Source: Leptolyngbya sp. BL-A-14 (GTDB lineage: Bacteria > Cyanobacteriota > Cyanobacteriia > Leptolyngbyales > Leptolyngbyaceae). Taken from it: 64,000 nucleotides of DNA. Below the pieces are notes generated by a model. The model was not told the origin of the DNA and ran no database searches. It saw only the letters and a program-made list of their open reading frames with translations. The translations under genes and the position numbers were made by a program. Below, piece after piece: positions 49,618 to 59,892 of this stretch (within the stretch, counting starts at the first letter, position 1; the number at the start of each line of letters is the position of its first letter). The stretch spans positions 2,388,571 through 2,452,570 of the forward strand of contig CP166621.1 of NCBI GenBank assembly GCA_041937185.1, in the 5' to 3' direction.

Positions 49618-50619
49618 TATTTTCAAGGTTTAACTCGTCGATTGCCTTCTGGTATTCAGGCGATAGAGCATCATAATCAATTTCCTTGTAAGTGTCCTCA
49701 ATATCCATCTCAGCGAGTAAATCATAAAAGCATAAAAGCGCTCAGACAAAGTTTCAAGTTCTCGCTTCTCATTTTCTTTAAGATAAATTCTTCGGAAAAC
49801 ATCTACCGAAACAATTTTTGTCTTGTTTTGCTGAAGTGTAAGTCCATGGTTATCGAGTAAAGAACGTGCAATGAGCGTAAGATATTTGTAAGCTTCAGCC
49901 TCAGAGTCACAAAAAATTCTGAAGTCGTCTGAGTAGCGAACGTATTTCGCATCTTCCGAAAGCAAGATCTGGTCAATATCAGAAATAGTTACTTCAGCAA
50001 TTAATCGCGAAGCCGCAGAACCGACAGGTATCCCGTACGAGTATGAACCTGCCCAGTGAGCAATTAAGTTCTTCAAAGCCTTTGCATGCATATGACCAAC
50101 ACCCAAAGCACTGTCCATAGCATTGTCAATGCGATGTGTATAAAGCCTTGGGAAAAAGTCTGCAATATCTGCAATCACAACATAGGACGAGTCATACTTC
50201 TCACATGCATCGTGTGAAGCCTTCTGAAAGCTTCGATATGTATACTGATCAGAGAACATCCGTCCATCACTGTTTGGGGAAAACCTATAAGAATGAACAA
50301 TATTTTCAATTGTTGAAATCCTTTCTGATTCCAGTTTTTCACCAATCTCCTTAATAAGTGCTGTAAATACTAAGAAATCGAGTGGATCAAGTTGTGTAGA
50401 AATGCGGAAGCCGAAGCGGTGCTTTGGAACTAAACGCCGCCTAAATGGTCTTACCTTCCACGCTAATATGTCAGCCTCTTGAATTGATGCTTTAATTTTA
50501 TTCCAGTTATCTTCAATTGCATGAAATTCAAAAATATCAGGAAATATATCAGTATCGCCTGATGTAAGAGCATGCTTCAAAGCCCAATTCAAAGAAGAGT
50601 CCGTAAGTGTTAACGGCAT
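49618..50619 (-). pseudogene. Reverse transcriptase (Abi/UG-class, defence-associated type), N-terminal RT domain; frameshifted and interrupted by IS630
   Basis: RT motifs SYVVIADIADFFPRLYTH (motif A), GIPVGSAASRLIAEV (motif B) and YVRYSDDFRIF (motif C, YxDD). A 1-nt frame change near 49709-49745 moves to the frame ...MDIEDTYKEIDYDALSPEYQKAIDELNLENI, which crosses the IS boundary. Confidence 0.75.
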
Positions 50620-50794
50620 TTTGGCAGTAATTTCAATAGGATGAAGAAAGGATTAACAACTTAGACTGAAAGTTTGAGTTGATTGACCTTTTTCCGGAGT
50701 ACTTATCTAAACAGATTCGAATCACCTGTCGATTCTAGACAATTAAATCGAAAATCCCCAGTAACGCTTTTTCCCTCCAGAGTGATCGCTCTCC

Positions 50795-52774
50795 TCACAC
50801 CTTCACCACAACGCCTTTACTTTCTAAAGCCGATCGCCCAACGGCACACAGCGCATACACTCCTGATGGAAGAGTTGCGGTTGTGGTCGCAGCGGGGAGA
50901 ACCTGGCGGAGTGTCCAGGTATTGCCATTCTGTTGATAGAGTGTCCAGCCACGAATGTCTTGAGGTGACGCATTCCAGGTGAGCTTACCATTGCTACTTT
51001 GAACGCCTGTGGGAAGGTTAGGTGGAGCCGCATTAAGCCAGGGCATGGAGGGAGGTAGCGAAAGGTTGGCGTAGGTTTCTGTGCGGAAGCGATCGCCAAT
51101 GCCTTGATGGTTTGCTGTCAGTGCTTTCGCGCTAAAAAACACGTTGCCCAGTGCCAGTTGGGGCGTGAGTTGCCGAGTTAGCTCGATCTGGTTCAGAATC
51201 TCGGCTAGATCCCACTGGTTGCCGCTTAATGCGCCCAAATTGTTGCCAGGATAAAGGTGTCGCTGCTTGGGATTATTGTCCGTCCACCAGCGCAGCAAAA
51301 CGGGGTAGCTCTGTGCGGGAGCATCAATCCGCCAGTAAAGCTGAGGCGACAGGTAATCGACCCAGCCTTCCTGTAACCATTTGAGGGAATCGGCGTAAAG
51401 CTGGTTGTAGGCATCCAATCCCTGGATTTGCGCGGGCTGACCGGGGCGATAAATGCCAAACGGGCTGATGCCAAATTTGACGTGAGGTTTAGCGGCACGG
51501 ATGCCCGTAGAAAGGCGTTGAATCAGGCGATTCACGTTGTCTCGTCGCCAGTCTGCCAGGGAGAGCGCCCCACCACCCGCTTTGTATGTCTGGTAGGTTT
51601 TGTCATCGGGAAAGGTTTGTCCAGCGATCGGATACGGGTAAAAATAATCATCCAGATGAATGCCATCCACATCGTATCGACGCACCACATCGAGAATGAC
51701 ATTCGCAGTGCGGTCTTGCACGACCTTTGCCCCAGGATCCATCCAAAGCTGCTTATCCCAGCGATACACCACGTCTGGATTGGTCACTGCCATGTGAGGG
51801 CTGACATTGACGATGCGTTCAGACGTACGGGCACGATAGGGATTGAACCAGGCATGCACTTCAATGTTGCGTTGATGAGCCTGGGCGATCGCAAACTCTA
51901 ATGGATCGTAAAAGGGATCGGGGGCTTTACCCTGAGTGCCCGTCAGCCAGGAACTCCAGGGTTCCAACGATGAACGGTAGAGCGCATCCCCTTCGGGGCG
52001 CACCTGCAAAATCAACGCATTCAGGTTCAACGCCTGCATGCGATCCAAAATGGCAATCAGTTCTGCCTGCTGCTGCTGGGTGGAAAGCCCTGCTTTAGAG
52101 GGAAAATCGCCATTCCAGACGCAGGCAACCCAGGTCGCGCGGAATTCTCGCGTGTGGGAGACGGCAACCGTTTTCACCCACGGCACGATCGCACTGGAGT
52201 CGATCGCAGGTGCTTTCCCCAGAGCCACCAGACATTGATAGACAAAAGCCGCAATTTCGGCGCGAGTCGCGGGTTGGGTGGGTCGCAGACGGCGCAAATC
52301 AGGGTAATTGACCACAATTTCGTTTGCGGTGGCAGTGGCGATCGCGTCGATCGCCCAACCAGCAATTTGAGCGTTGTCCTGATAAAGCGTTGCTAATGGC
52401 ACAGAAGCCTCGGATGCCAGGCCCAAACCACCCACCAACGACGCTAACGCCTGCACTCTGGGAATGTTCTCATTCGGACGAAATTGCTGTCCCGGATAGC
52501 CCGTTAAAAAGCCCCCTTCGTACGATCGACGAATGGCACCTGCTGCCCAGTGAGTCGTTGGCACATCCACAAAGGGCACATAGGGGCGGGTGGCAGCCGG
52601 GCTAAACGCGGCTTGCAGCACAGAGGCAAACTCTGCGCGAGTCATGGCGCGTTCGGGGCGAAAGGAACCATCCTCAAAGCCACGCATGATGTTGCGTTGC
52701 GCCAAAGCCTCAATAAAGGGACGCGCCCAATGGGTTTGAATATCGGGGAAACCAGAAGCGACCATACACAGCAA
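50795..52774 (-). CDS. SLH-domain glycoside-hydrolase-like family 10 (GHL10/DUF187) protein
   Basis: Three N-terminal S-layer homology repeats (WARPFIEALAQRNIMRGFEDGSFRP...), then a GHL10 TIM-barrel region (EVHAWFNPYRA). Confidence 0.7.
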   Translation of the reverse strand: MLCMVASGFPDIQTHWARPFIEALAQRNIMRGFEDGSFRPERAMTRAEFASVLQAAFSPAATRPYVPFVDVPTTHWAAGAIRRSYEGGFLTGYPGQQFRPNENIPRVQALASLVGGLGLASEASVPLATLYQDNAQIAGWAIDAIATATANEIVVNYPDLRRLRPTQPATRAEIAAFVYQCLVALGKAPAIDSSAIVPWVKTVAVSHTREFRATWVACVWNGDFPSKAGLSTQQQQAELIAILDRMQALNLNALILQVRPEGDALYRSSLEPWSSWLTGTQGKAPDPFYDPLEFAIAQAHQRNIEVHAWFNPYRARTSERIVNVSPHMAVTNPDVVYRWDKQLWMDPGAKVVQDRTANVILDVVRRYDVDGIHLDDYFYPYPIAGQTFPDDKTYQTYKAGGGALSLADWRRDNVNRLIQRLSTGIRAAKPHVKFGISPFGIYRPGQPAQIQGLDAYNQLYADSLKWLQEGWVDYLSPQLYWRIDAPAQSYPVLLRWWTDNNPKQRHLYPGNNLGALSGNQWDLAEILNQIELTRQLTPQLALGNVFFSAKALTANHQGIGDRFRTETYANLSLPPSMPWLNAAPPNLPTGVQSSNGKLTWNASPQDIRGWTLYQQNGNTWTLRQVLPAATTTATLPSGVYALCAVGRSALESKGVVVKV

Positions 52775-53119
52775 TTTTTGAGTTTATTATCCTCTAAGAA
52801 TTAGATACTGAGCGATTAACCTTTTGTGCATCAGGCGGGTGTTCAACGCTCTTTTCGTCTTTCCTGTATCCTGCTGTTCATACAATTCTTGGCTACGTTA
52901 CGGTATCTTGCCGGGGGACTTCCCCCCGGTCCCCCGCTATGTGGGGTCCTAACTCCCCCACGCCCCCCGAAAGGGGTTGCTTGTTTAAAGCAAGGTCTGG
53001 TTGAGCTGACTCAGGCATATGTAACCCTGGACTATTCCACAGTTCATACTTTACGAGGGTTAGGGATGGAGAAGTGCTTTTAAGCCAGCTCAATCTTCTA
53101 AACTCAAACGTCCCAAGCT

Positions 53120-53848
53120 TTAGACATCAAAATCTAGAGACATTTGTTGCGTCAGCGATTCATCGGGTTGAACGGGTTGGTCGATCGCCGGACCCGATGC
53201 CAGTTTGTGAGCATGGCGAGTCGTTTCAGGAAGCCGATATTTCGTGGTGCAGCGCATGACGTAGGCGATCGCGGTTTCTAAACTTACTCGATGTCCCGGT
53301 GAAATGTAGAGGGGTTTGGTGCCGGGACGGGTTCGCAAGGCTGCACCAATGGTTTCGCCTTTGTGGATGAGGGGCTGCCAACTGCCGCGATCGTCCGACA
53401 GTTCGGCATGCTTACCCACCAGGATGGATTTACCCACACCGATCGTTGGCACATTGGCTAAAAGCCCGATATGACACGCAATCCCAAAACGGCGCGGATG
53501 AGCAATGCCCTGACCATCACATAGCAGCATGTCTGGGATGATCGTGACTTTTGCCAGCGCATCCAGAACAGCAGGCACTTCACGAAAGGATAGGAAGCCG
53601 GGAATGTAGGGAAAGGTTGTGGGGCGACGGGCGATCGCGCGATCCTGGAGTTGCAAGTCGTCGAGATTGAGGACAGCGATCGCGGCACGAGTAATGGTTC
53701 CTTCAGATTCAAAGCCCACGTCTACTCCCGCTACGCGGCGAATCGTGTCAAAGTCATCGATCGTCACAACGTCTTTGCGGAGTTCTTGCTGAATGGCGGT
53801 TGCTTCTTCTGCCGTTAGCACCCATTCGTGGCGTTGGATGATGTTCAT
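53120..53848 (-). CDS. nfi: Endonuclease V (deoxyinosine 3' endonuclease)
   Basis: GVDVGFE (catalytic Asp), [10 protein letters not shown] and [15 protein letters not shown] motifs. Start at MNIIQRH. Confidence 0.88.
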   Translation of the reverse strand: MNIIQRHEWVLTAEEATAIQQELRKDVVTIDDFDTIRRVAGVDVGFESEGTITRAAIAVLNLDDLQLQDRAIARRPTTFPYIPGFLSFREVPAVLDALAKVTIIPDMLLCDGQGIAHPRRFGIACHIGLLANVPTIGVGKSILVGKHAELSDDRGSWQPLIHKGETIGAALRTRPGTKPLYISPGHRVSLETAIAYVMRCTTKYRLPETTRHAHKLASGPAIDQPVQPDESLTQQMSLDFDV

Positions 53849-54006
53849 GGGGAGACGTGGGGGAAAGGTGGAAGGAGCAAGGAGTCTAGCCTGAATGCAA
53901 TGATTGGCGCTCTCAGAGGTTTCTAAGAACGCCAATCGATGGCAGACACTTATTGTTTAGGCTAACAAGATTGTTTAGGGTGAATCCAATTGCGTAACGA
54001 GTCTGC

Positions 54007-54300
54007 TCAACTTGCTGAAGTAGAGACGTAACGTTGTTCAATCCAGATACGCATCTCGGCTTCAGAAGCATCGCGGAGCGATCGCCCAGTGACGGGATCA
54101 TCCGCATGCCACCAAAGACGGCCCTCATTGTCACAGGTATACCAGACCCTTGGTTCTGCATCTGCCATCAGGCGCTGTACAAAGAATTGTGCCGCTTGTT
54201 CTAGCCAGGAAGTCGATGGGCGTTGGCTTTGATTGAACAGGTCTGGCTGTGGGAACAAAGCCCATGACTGGTGACCGAACCAACGTAATGCTAATTTCAT
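54007..54300 (-). CDS. Hypothetical protein
   Basis: 97-aa ORF; ATGA overlap with the upstream DMT transporter gene. Confidence 0.4.
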   Translation of the reverse strand: MKLALRWFGHQSWALFPQPDLFNQSQRPSTSWLEQAAQFFVQRLMADAEPRVWYTCDNEGRLWWHADDPVTGRSLRDASEAEMRIWIEQRYVSTSAS

Positions 54301-55307
54301 CTTGATACCTCCGTCGATGACAATTTGGTTAATGACAACTCAGTTGATGACAATTCAGTTAACGACAACTCAGTTGATGGAAATTCAGTGGCTATCAAGG
54401 ACGCGGCCTGTTCAGGAAGACGTTTCCTGCCGAACCATTGAGCAATCGTGCTTTGCCCCTGACTGAGAGCCATAGCGGCTAAAATGAGTCCGGCCCCCGT
54501 GATGCCGCGTCCGCCAAAGTGTTCGCCTAACAACCAGAACGAAAAGATAGCTGCAAACACTGGCTCAAGGGTGTAGATTAGAGCCGTTTCGTGGGCTGAA
54601 ACCCAACGCTGGGCAATAGCTTGTGTAATCGTGGTCAATGCAGTCACCACAAGCCCCAGGTAAAGGAGTTGCCCCCCATGAGAGGCGATCGCGTCCCATT
54701 CTGCCACCATGTCAGGGGCCGCCCAGATCACACTAACTCCAGCCACCAAAATTAACTGAATCGCCGATAGCGCTATCGGCGGGTGACGGATTGTCGCAGA
54801 CTCCAGCAGCAGAATGTAGACGGCATAACTGAGGGCACCCCCAAATACCCACAGGTCGCCAATACTCAAACCACAACCCTCCCAGGACATGATCCCAATG
54901 CCTGTGATCGCCAGTCCGGCAGCAACAATCACCATGATGGGTAGCCGACGACCGAGAAAAAGCCCCAGCAGGGGCACGAGAATGACGTTTAAGCTCAGCA
55001 CAAAGGCCGCTTGACCCGCTGCGATCGTTTCCACGCCCACGGTCAGGGTAATGTAGGATGCTAGGTAGAATACGCCTAGGAGCAACCCATCACGCAAAAG
55101 TCGGGCGTTCATGTGACGAAGCCAGGGAGCAAACACGAGCGCTGCCAGCAGAAAACGAATGGCAATCAGCACCATTGGTGAAATGCTGACCACTGCTTCT
55201 TTAAGAACTGGAAACGTCGTGCCCCAGACAAGGGTCGTCGCGACGAGTAGCAAGATGCCTCTGGTATGAAGCAGGCTAGATTTTGTAACAGACATAACAG
55301 AAAGCAA
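54297..55307 (-). CDS. DMT-superfamily (EamA) transporter with a repetitive C-terminal tail
   Basis: Ten TM helices and two EamA halves. The last approx 30 aa, STELSLTELSSTELSLTKLSSTE, are encoded by tandem 15-nt repeats. Confidence 0.75.
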   Translation of the reverse strand: MLSVMSVTKSSLLHTRGILLLVATTLVWGTTFPVLKEAVVSISPMVLIAIRFLLAALVFAPWLRHMNARLLRDGLLLGVFYLASYITLTVGVETIAAGQAAFVLSLNVILVPLLGLFLGRRLPIMVIVAAGLAITGIGIMSWEGCGLSIGDLWVFGGALSYAVYILLLESATIRHPPIALSAIQLILVAGVSVIWAAPDMVAEWDAIASHGGQLLYLGLVVTALTTITQAIAQRWVSAHETALIYTLEPVFAAIFSFWLLGEHFGGRGITGAGLILAAMALSQGQSTIAQWFGRKRLPEQAASLIATEFPSTELSLTELSSTELSLTKLSSTEVSR

Positions 55308-55394
55308 ACTCGAACTGTGTTCACTTTAGTCAATTCACTTTACATAAATCAAAAGACAGCTCTTATCACGTCTATGAACAAAATCGATGGAAAG

Positions 55395-55585
55395 AGAGAA
55401 GTTTTGAGTGTTGAGTTTTGAGGGTTGAGTTTTGAGTGTTGAATAGCGCTTCGCGCCGCTACGCTAGAAAGTTTTGAGTTTTAGCCTTTAGCCTACTGCT
55501 CCGCAGAAGCAAGCTATAGCCTTTAGCCTTCATCCCTCATCCTTCATCCCCCATCCCTCACCTCCTGCCTCCTGCCCTCTGCCTT
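55395..55585. repeat. STRR-like arrays (GTTTTGA units, then TTCATCC/CTGCCT units)
   Basis: gttttgagtgttgagttttgagggttgagttttgagtgttg ... ccttcatccctcatccttcatcccccatccctcacctcctgcctcctgccctctgcc. Confidence 0.8.
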
Positions 55586-55603
55586 CCTATGCACGGCGAG
55601 ACC

Positions 55604-56521
55604 ATGAACACAAACCGTCAAAGTCAAATCAAGCTATCACAACTACGGGCTCTCGTTGCTGTAGCCGAGCGAGGCAACTTTGGTGAAGCGGCACTGCAGT
55701 TGGGGCTTTCACAGTCAGCAGTAAGCCATGCGATCGCCACTTTGGAAGAGATGTTGGGCGTTGTGCTGATCTCACGGGGGCGTCATGGAGCCTATTTAAC
55801 GCCCGTTGGCGATCGTGTTTTGACATATGCTCGCCAGATGATGCAATCGTTAGACGGCATGATGAAGGAAGCCAATCTAGCCAAAGGGTTGCAGGGGGGT
55901 CAGGTACGGATTGCCTCCTTTCGCAGCGTCGCTACCCACATTTTGCCAGAGGCGATCGCTCAGTTTCGACAACGCTTTCCCGATATTACCGTTCACCTTA
56001 GCGATCACGAAGACTTGCCAGAAGTCGAGCAAACGCTGCGAGAAGGACGGGCTGATATCGGCTTTACCTATTTGCCAACAAGTGAAGATTTTGAGGTTTG
56101 GGAACTCCTTCAAGATGAATTTGTAGCACTCTTCCCATCTACATTCAGGTCAAAAGGTGCGCGTCTGACGTGGGAAGAACTCGCGCATCATCCCATCATC
56201 ATGCCCCCCGAAACCGATCCCACCATGCTGCAATTTTATGCCCATTGCCTTAAGTTCAATTGCACTCTAAATGTTGCCTATCGTGTCAATACTGATTCGA
56301 CGATCGTCAGCATGGTCGCTCGTGGTTTGGGAGCAGCAGTCCTCCCTCGGTTAGCGGCTGAGCCCATTCCTGCTGACGTGCAAATTTTCAGCTTGCCTGT
56401 ACCGATCTATCGCATTATTGGGATTGCTGTACTCGCGGATGCTTTACAAGTTCCTGCCGTCTTCGCGTTTTTAGACATTTTGAAGTGTAAGGATTTACTG
56501 CCTCCCAAGCTAACGTTATAA
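55604..56521 (+). CDS. LysR-family transcriptional regulator
   Basis: N-terminal HTH LSQLRALVAVAERGNFGEAALQLGLSQSAVSHAI and C-terminal substrate-binding domain. Confidence 0.88.
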   Translation: MNTNRQSQIKLSQLRALVAVAERGNFGEAALQLGLSQSAVSHAIATLEEMLGVVLISRGRHGAYLTPVGDRVLTYARQMMQSLDGMMKEANLAKGLQGGQVRIASFRSVATHILPEAIAQFRQRFPDITVHLSDHEDLPEVEQTLREGRADIGFTYLPTSEDFEVWELLQDEFVALFPSTFRSKGARLTWEELAHHPIIMPPETDPTMLQFYAHCLKFNCTLNVAYRVNTDSTIVSMVARGLGAAVLPRLAAEPIPADVQIFSLPVPIYRIIGIAVLADALQVPAVFAFLDILKCKDLLPPKLTL

Positions 56522-56656
56522 GCATGTGAGCCGTTCTAAAACTTTAGCAAAAATCCTCTGTGTAGACGCATTTCTCCTCATTTCCTCAAAAAGTTGATTG
56601 AGTATCAGGAATGGCTATTCTAACGAGTGTAGTTCTCTTTAAACTTACAAGTCTTA

Positions 56657-57253
56657 ATGCGGATGTCAACACCGGAAGAGAAACGCGATTTTTTGCTTAA
56701 AGATTTTAGCGCAATTAGCAGTATTCGTATAAGTTATGCAAGTATGAGACTTGCTGCCTTAGGCACAGTCCTAACACTTATCGGCGGTATTATTGCGTTT
56801 AGCAAAAACATTGCCTATCCTGATATTTTTGGCATTTATATAGTGCTATTACTTATAGTTTTCACTGGTATCAGGATCATCTCTGTCCACAATCGGGCAA
56901 TCTATGTGTTTCTTAGTTACCTTAAATGGGTCGAAGAGGAGATTGGAGAAATTGGCTTTTCCTCTCAGTGGAGCCGCTACATTCGCTTTAATCAGCGCGA
57001 TAGTGGTAGCTACGCCTTTGTCGTTGCAACGCGCGCGATGAATTTTGCAACTACTTTTTATATTGTGTTTGATTCCAGCTTAAAACTGCCTGCAAACATA
57101 GCTGTAGTGGTAGTATCTATCTTGATAGCAATCTGTGTGTGGAACGAAGTCTATATTCGCCGCCAGCTTGATCCAAAAGGTTTCGTTGATAGAATTAGCA
57201 AAGAATTAATTAGAGCACGAGAGCTTTGTCTAAAAGAACGTGGGCAGTTGTAA
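56657..57253 (+). CDS. Hypothetical membrane protein (AT-rich orphan)
   Basis: 198 aa, three to four TM helices, about 40% GC. Confidence 0.45.
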   Translation: MRMSTPEEKRDFLLKDFSAISSIRISYASMRLAALGTVLTLIGGIIAFSKNIAYPDIFGIYIVLLLIVFTGIRIISVHNRAIYVFLSYLKWVEEEIGEIGFSSQWSRYIRFNQRDSGSYAFVVATRAMNFATTFYIVFDSSLKLPANIAVVVVSILIAICVWNEVYIRRQLDPKGFVDRISKELIRARELCLKERGQL

Positions 57254-57361
57254 CAAAGCAGGGTCTTTCATGTAATAATTAACCTCATAAATTTTGGCAA
57301 TACTTGGTTGTTCAGTAACCGAATGCAACGTCGTCTGCATTTGGTGTGATTAGAGTCTTAT

Positions 57362-58171
57362 ATGCAGGTATCACCCTCATCACTGCCAGCTTGGTTGCAC
57401 TGGCTAGACACCTGCACCAGCACCAATACCTGGGCGATCGCGCATCTCGCTAAGTTGCACAACGGTGATGTCGTCTTTACACCGCAGCAAACGGCTGGAC
57501 GGGGCCAGCATGGGCGCACATGGCATTCACCCGAAGGTGTGCTGACAGCGAGCGTTGTGTTAGAAAATATTCCCGTCGCGCAGTTACCTGTTGTTAGTCT
57601 GGGTGCTGGATTGGCGGTGATTTATGCCGTTGAGGATTTGCTGCCAGCATTGCAGGACGCATTGCAACTGAAGTGGTCGAATGATGTGCTGTTAGAAGGT
57701 CGAAAGTTGGCAGGCATTTTGTGTGAAGCCAGTGCCCAGGGCAATCGAAGCCGTGTTGTGGTCGGCGTTGGGCTGAATCGTCAGGTGGACTTTGAGCAAG
57801 CGGGGTTGGACGAGAGCACGATCGGGCAAGCCATCAGCTTGCATGAAGTCTCGCCAACTATACCCGATCCGCTTTTGCTGCTGGAGCGCTTACGCCGTTA
57901 TTTGCTGCAAACCGCAGGCTTACTCCAGGCAACAGTAGATGATCCATGCGTCAGTCCCGGACTCAACGCTATGCTGCCCGCACTCCGCAGTCGAGACGCC
58001 TTGCTGAATCAAACCATTACGGTTGTTTTGAATGGTGAACACATTGTCGGTAAAGCGATCGGCATCAGCGATCGCGGTCATCTGTTGTTGCAACTTCCCG
58101 CTGGTGAAGTGCGATCGTTCGTTTCAGGACATATCCTTTGGCAGCAGCGTGAGGGGCGATCGTCATTCTGA
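57362..58171 (+). CDS. birA: Biotin--[acetyl-CoA-carboxylase] ligase
   Basis: GRGQHGRTWHSPEG biotin-binding loop and KWSNDVLLEGRKLAGIL. Confidence 0.9.
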   Translation: MQVSPSSLPAWLHWLDTCTSTNTWAIAHLAKLHNGDVVFTPQQTAGRGQHGRTWHSPEGVLTASVVLENIPVAQLPVVSLGAGLAVIYAVEDLLPALQDALQLKWSNDVLLEGRKLAGILCEASAQGNRSRVVVGVGLNRQVDFEQAGLDESTIGQAISLHEVSPTIPDPLLLLERLRRYLLQTAGLLQATVDDPCVSPGLNAMLPALRSRDALLNQTITVVLNGEHIVGKAIGISDRGHLLLQLPAGEVRSFVSGHILWQQREGRSSF

Positions 58172-58605
58172 AGTCGCAAATGTAATGAGTGTAGTTTTTT
58201 GGCGTAATCTTCAGTTGTCGAGCACAAGAGATACATATGAGCGCAATTGAGATTGCCCAAGCACTATTGAGTGAAGATTGGTCTTAAACCTTCTTAAGTT
58301 TTTTCGTTCCCACAAAGGGGTAGAGTCAAAGACGACTTCTTTGATCACTTCAACGTTTGCAGATTGACGTTGCTTGAAAGGCGGTTGGCACCATGAGCGC
58401 ATGACTCTACGGTGAACCAACAGGCTGACTTGATGCCGACGCTCCAGTAGCCGTAAACGTGTGTGCATCTTTAATGTGCGATCGTTCCATCCCCTCGCTA
58501 GTTCTGTCTACTAACTGCTTTTAGCAGCGTAGTCTTTCTGTAATCGATGTGCTGTGAACGCTTTTCGCATGGTTCAGACTGCTTCTAAATCTGGCGAAAC
58601 AATAC

Positions 58606-59688
58606 ATGGGAACTCCAAAAAAAATTGGCATTTTAACGAGTGGTGGTGATTGTGCTGGTCTCAATGCTGTCATTCGCGCCGTCGTGCATCACGCGGTCAA
58701 TACCTACGGTTGGGAAGTGCTAGGCATTCGTCAAGCAACGCAGGGGTTAATGGTGCGTCCACCTCTGGCGAGCCGTCTCACCCCTGATAAAGTAGACCCG
58801 TTTCTCACGGCGGGCGGCACCATGCTGGGCACCACAAACAAGGGCAACCCGTTTGCCTTTCCCATGCCGGATGGGAGCCTGCGCGATCGCTCCGATGAAA
58901 TCATCGAAGGCTATCATCTGCTGGGGTTAGATGCCCTGATTGGCATTGGTGGCGATGGCAGTTTGGCGATTCTGCAACGGTTGGCGCAGCAAGGCAATCT
59001 GAATTTGGTGGGCATTCCCAAAACCATTGACAATGATGTGGGAGTCACCGAGCTTTCCATCGGCTTTGATACCGCCGTCAGTATTGCAACTGAAGCGCTC
59101 GATCGCCTCCATTTCACCGCTGCCAGCCACAGTCGCGTCATGATTCTAGAGGTGATGGGACGGGATGCCGGGCATATTGCCATCAGTGCAGGCATTGCAG
59201 GCGGAGCCGATATCATCTTAATTCCAGAGATTCCCTACACCATTGATGGCATTTGTCAGGCGATTAAAAAGCGACAGGAAGCGGGTAAAAACTACTGTCT
59301 GGTGATTGTGGCAGAAGCCGTTCGCACGGAAGCGGGTGAGTCGGTAACGCTGGATTCTGATGTGGAGCAGTGTCGGTTAGGCGGGATTGGTCAATATCTG
59401 TCGAAGCAAATTTGTAGCCGCATCGATGCCGAAACACGCGTGACTGTTTTGGGGCACATCCAGCGGGGTGGTACGCCATCACCGCTCGATCGTCTCATTG
59501 GTGCAACGTTCGGTGTGGCTGCTGTCGATCTGATCGCTCAAGAAAAGTACGATCGCGTTGTCACGTGGCAAAACCGACACGTCAGGAGTGTTTCCATCCG
59601 CGAAGCGATTGTGCACTATGCCGCTGTGAACCCTGAAGGCACCCTGGTGAAGACGGCACGAGGACTGAATATTTATTTGGGGGACTGA
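58606..59688 (+). CDS. pfkA: ATP-dependent 6-phosphofructokinase
   Basis: IGILTSGGDCAGLNAVIRAVV, GGDGS and MGR motifs. Confidence 0.93.
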   Translation: MGTPKKIGILTSGGDCAGLNAVIRAVVHHAVNTYGWEVLGIRQATQGLMVRPPLASRLTPDKVDPFLTAGGTMLGTTNKGNPFAFPMPDGSLRDRSDEIIEGYHLLGLDALIGIGGDGSLAILQRLAQQGNLNLVGIPKTIDNDVGVTELSIGFDTAVSIATEALDRLHFTAASHSRVMILEVMGRDAGHIAISAGIAGGADIILIPEIPYTIDGICQAIKKRQEAGKNYCLVIVAEAVRTEAGESVTLDSDVEQCRLGGIGQYLSKQICSRIDAETRVTVLGHIQRGGTPSPLDRLIGATFGVAAVDLIAQEKYDRVVTWQNRHVRSVSIREAIVHYAAVNPEGTLVKTARGLNIYLGD

Positions 59689-59892
59689 GAAGGGATGAGT
59701 GATGAAGGATGAAGGATGAAAGGCTAACTTAGATCTTGCGCCAGTCGCATCAGCCCGCCCTGCAATGAATTGCGGGCTAATGGAACGAAGTCCGTTAAAA
59801 CGGACTGAAACCGTGCGGTTGGCTCTGAGTCCACTAACCTTCGGGAAGGCAAAGCCTACAGTGAACTTTCCTCTCGTATCCTGTTGGGCCTT

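Noticed and set aside
58211-58468. 85-aa basic ORF (MHTRLRLLERRHQ...) in the birA-pfkA intergenic region, minus strand
   Set aside because: No motif, no ribosome-binding site context examined, and it lies in a 430-nt promoter region. It was left unannotated and could be tested by ribosome profiling.
59840-59870. SRP RNA (ffs) call based on GGAAGG-like motif
   Set aside because: Only a loose match to the domain IV consensus; the flanking sequence cannot form the long terminal helix of 4.5S RNA.
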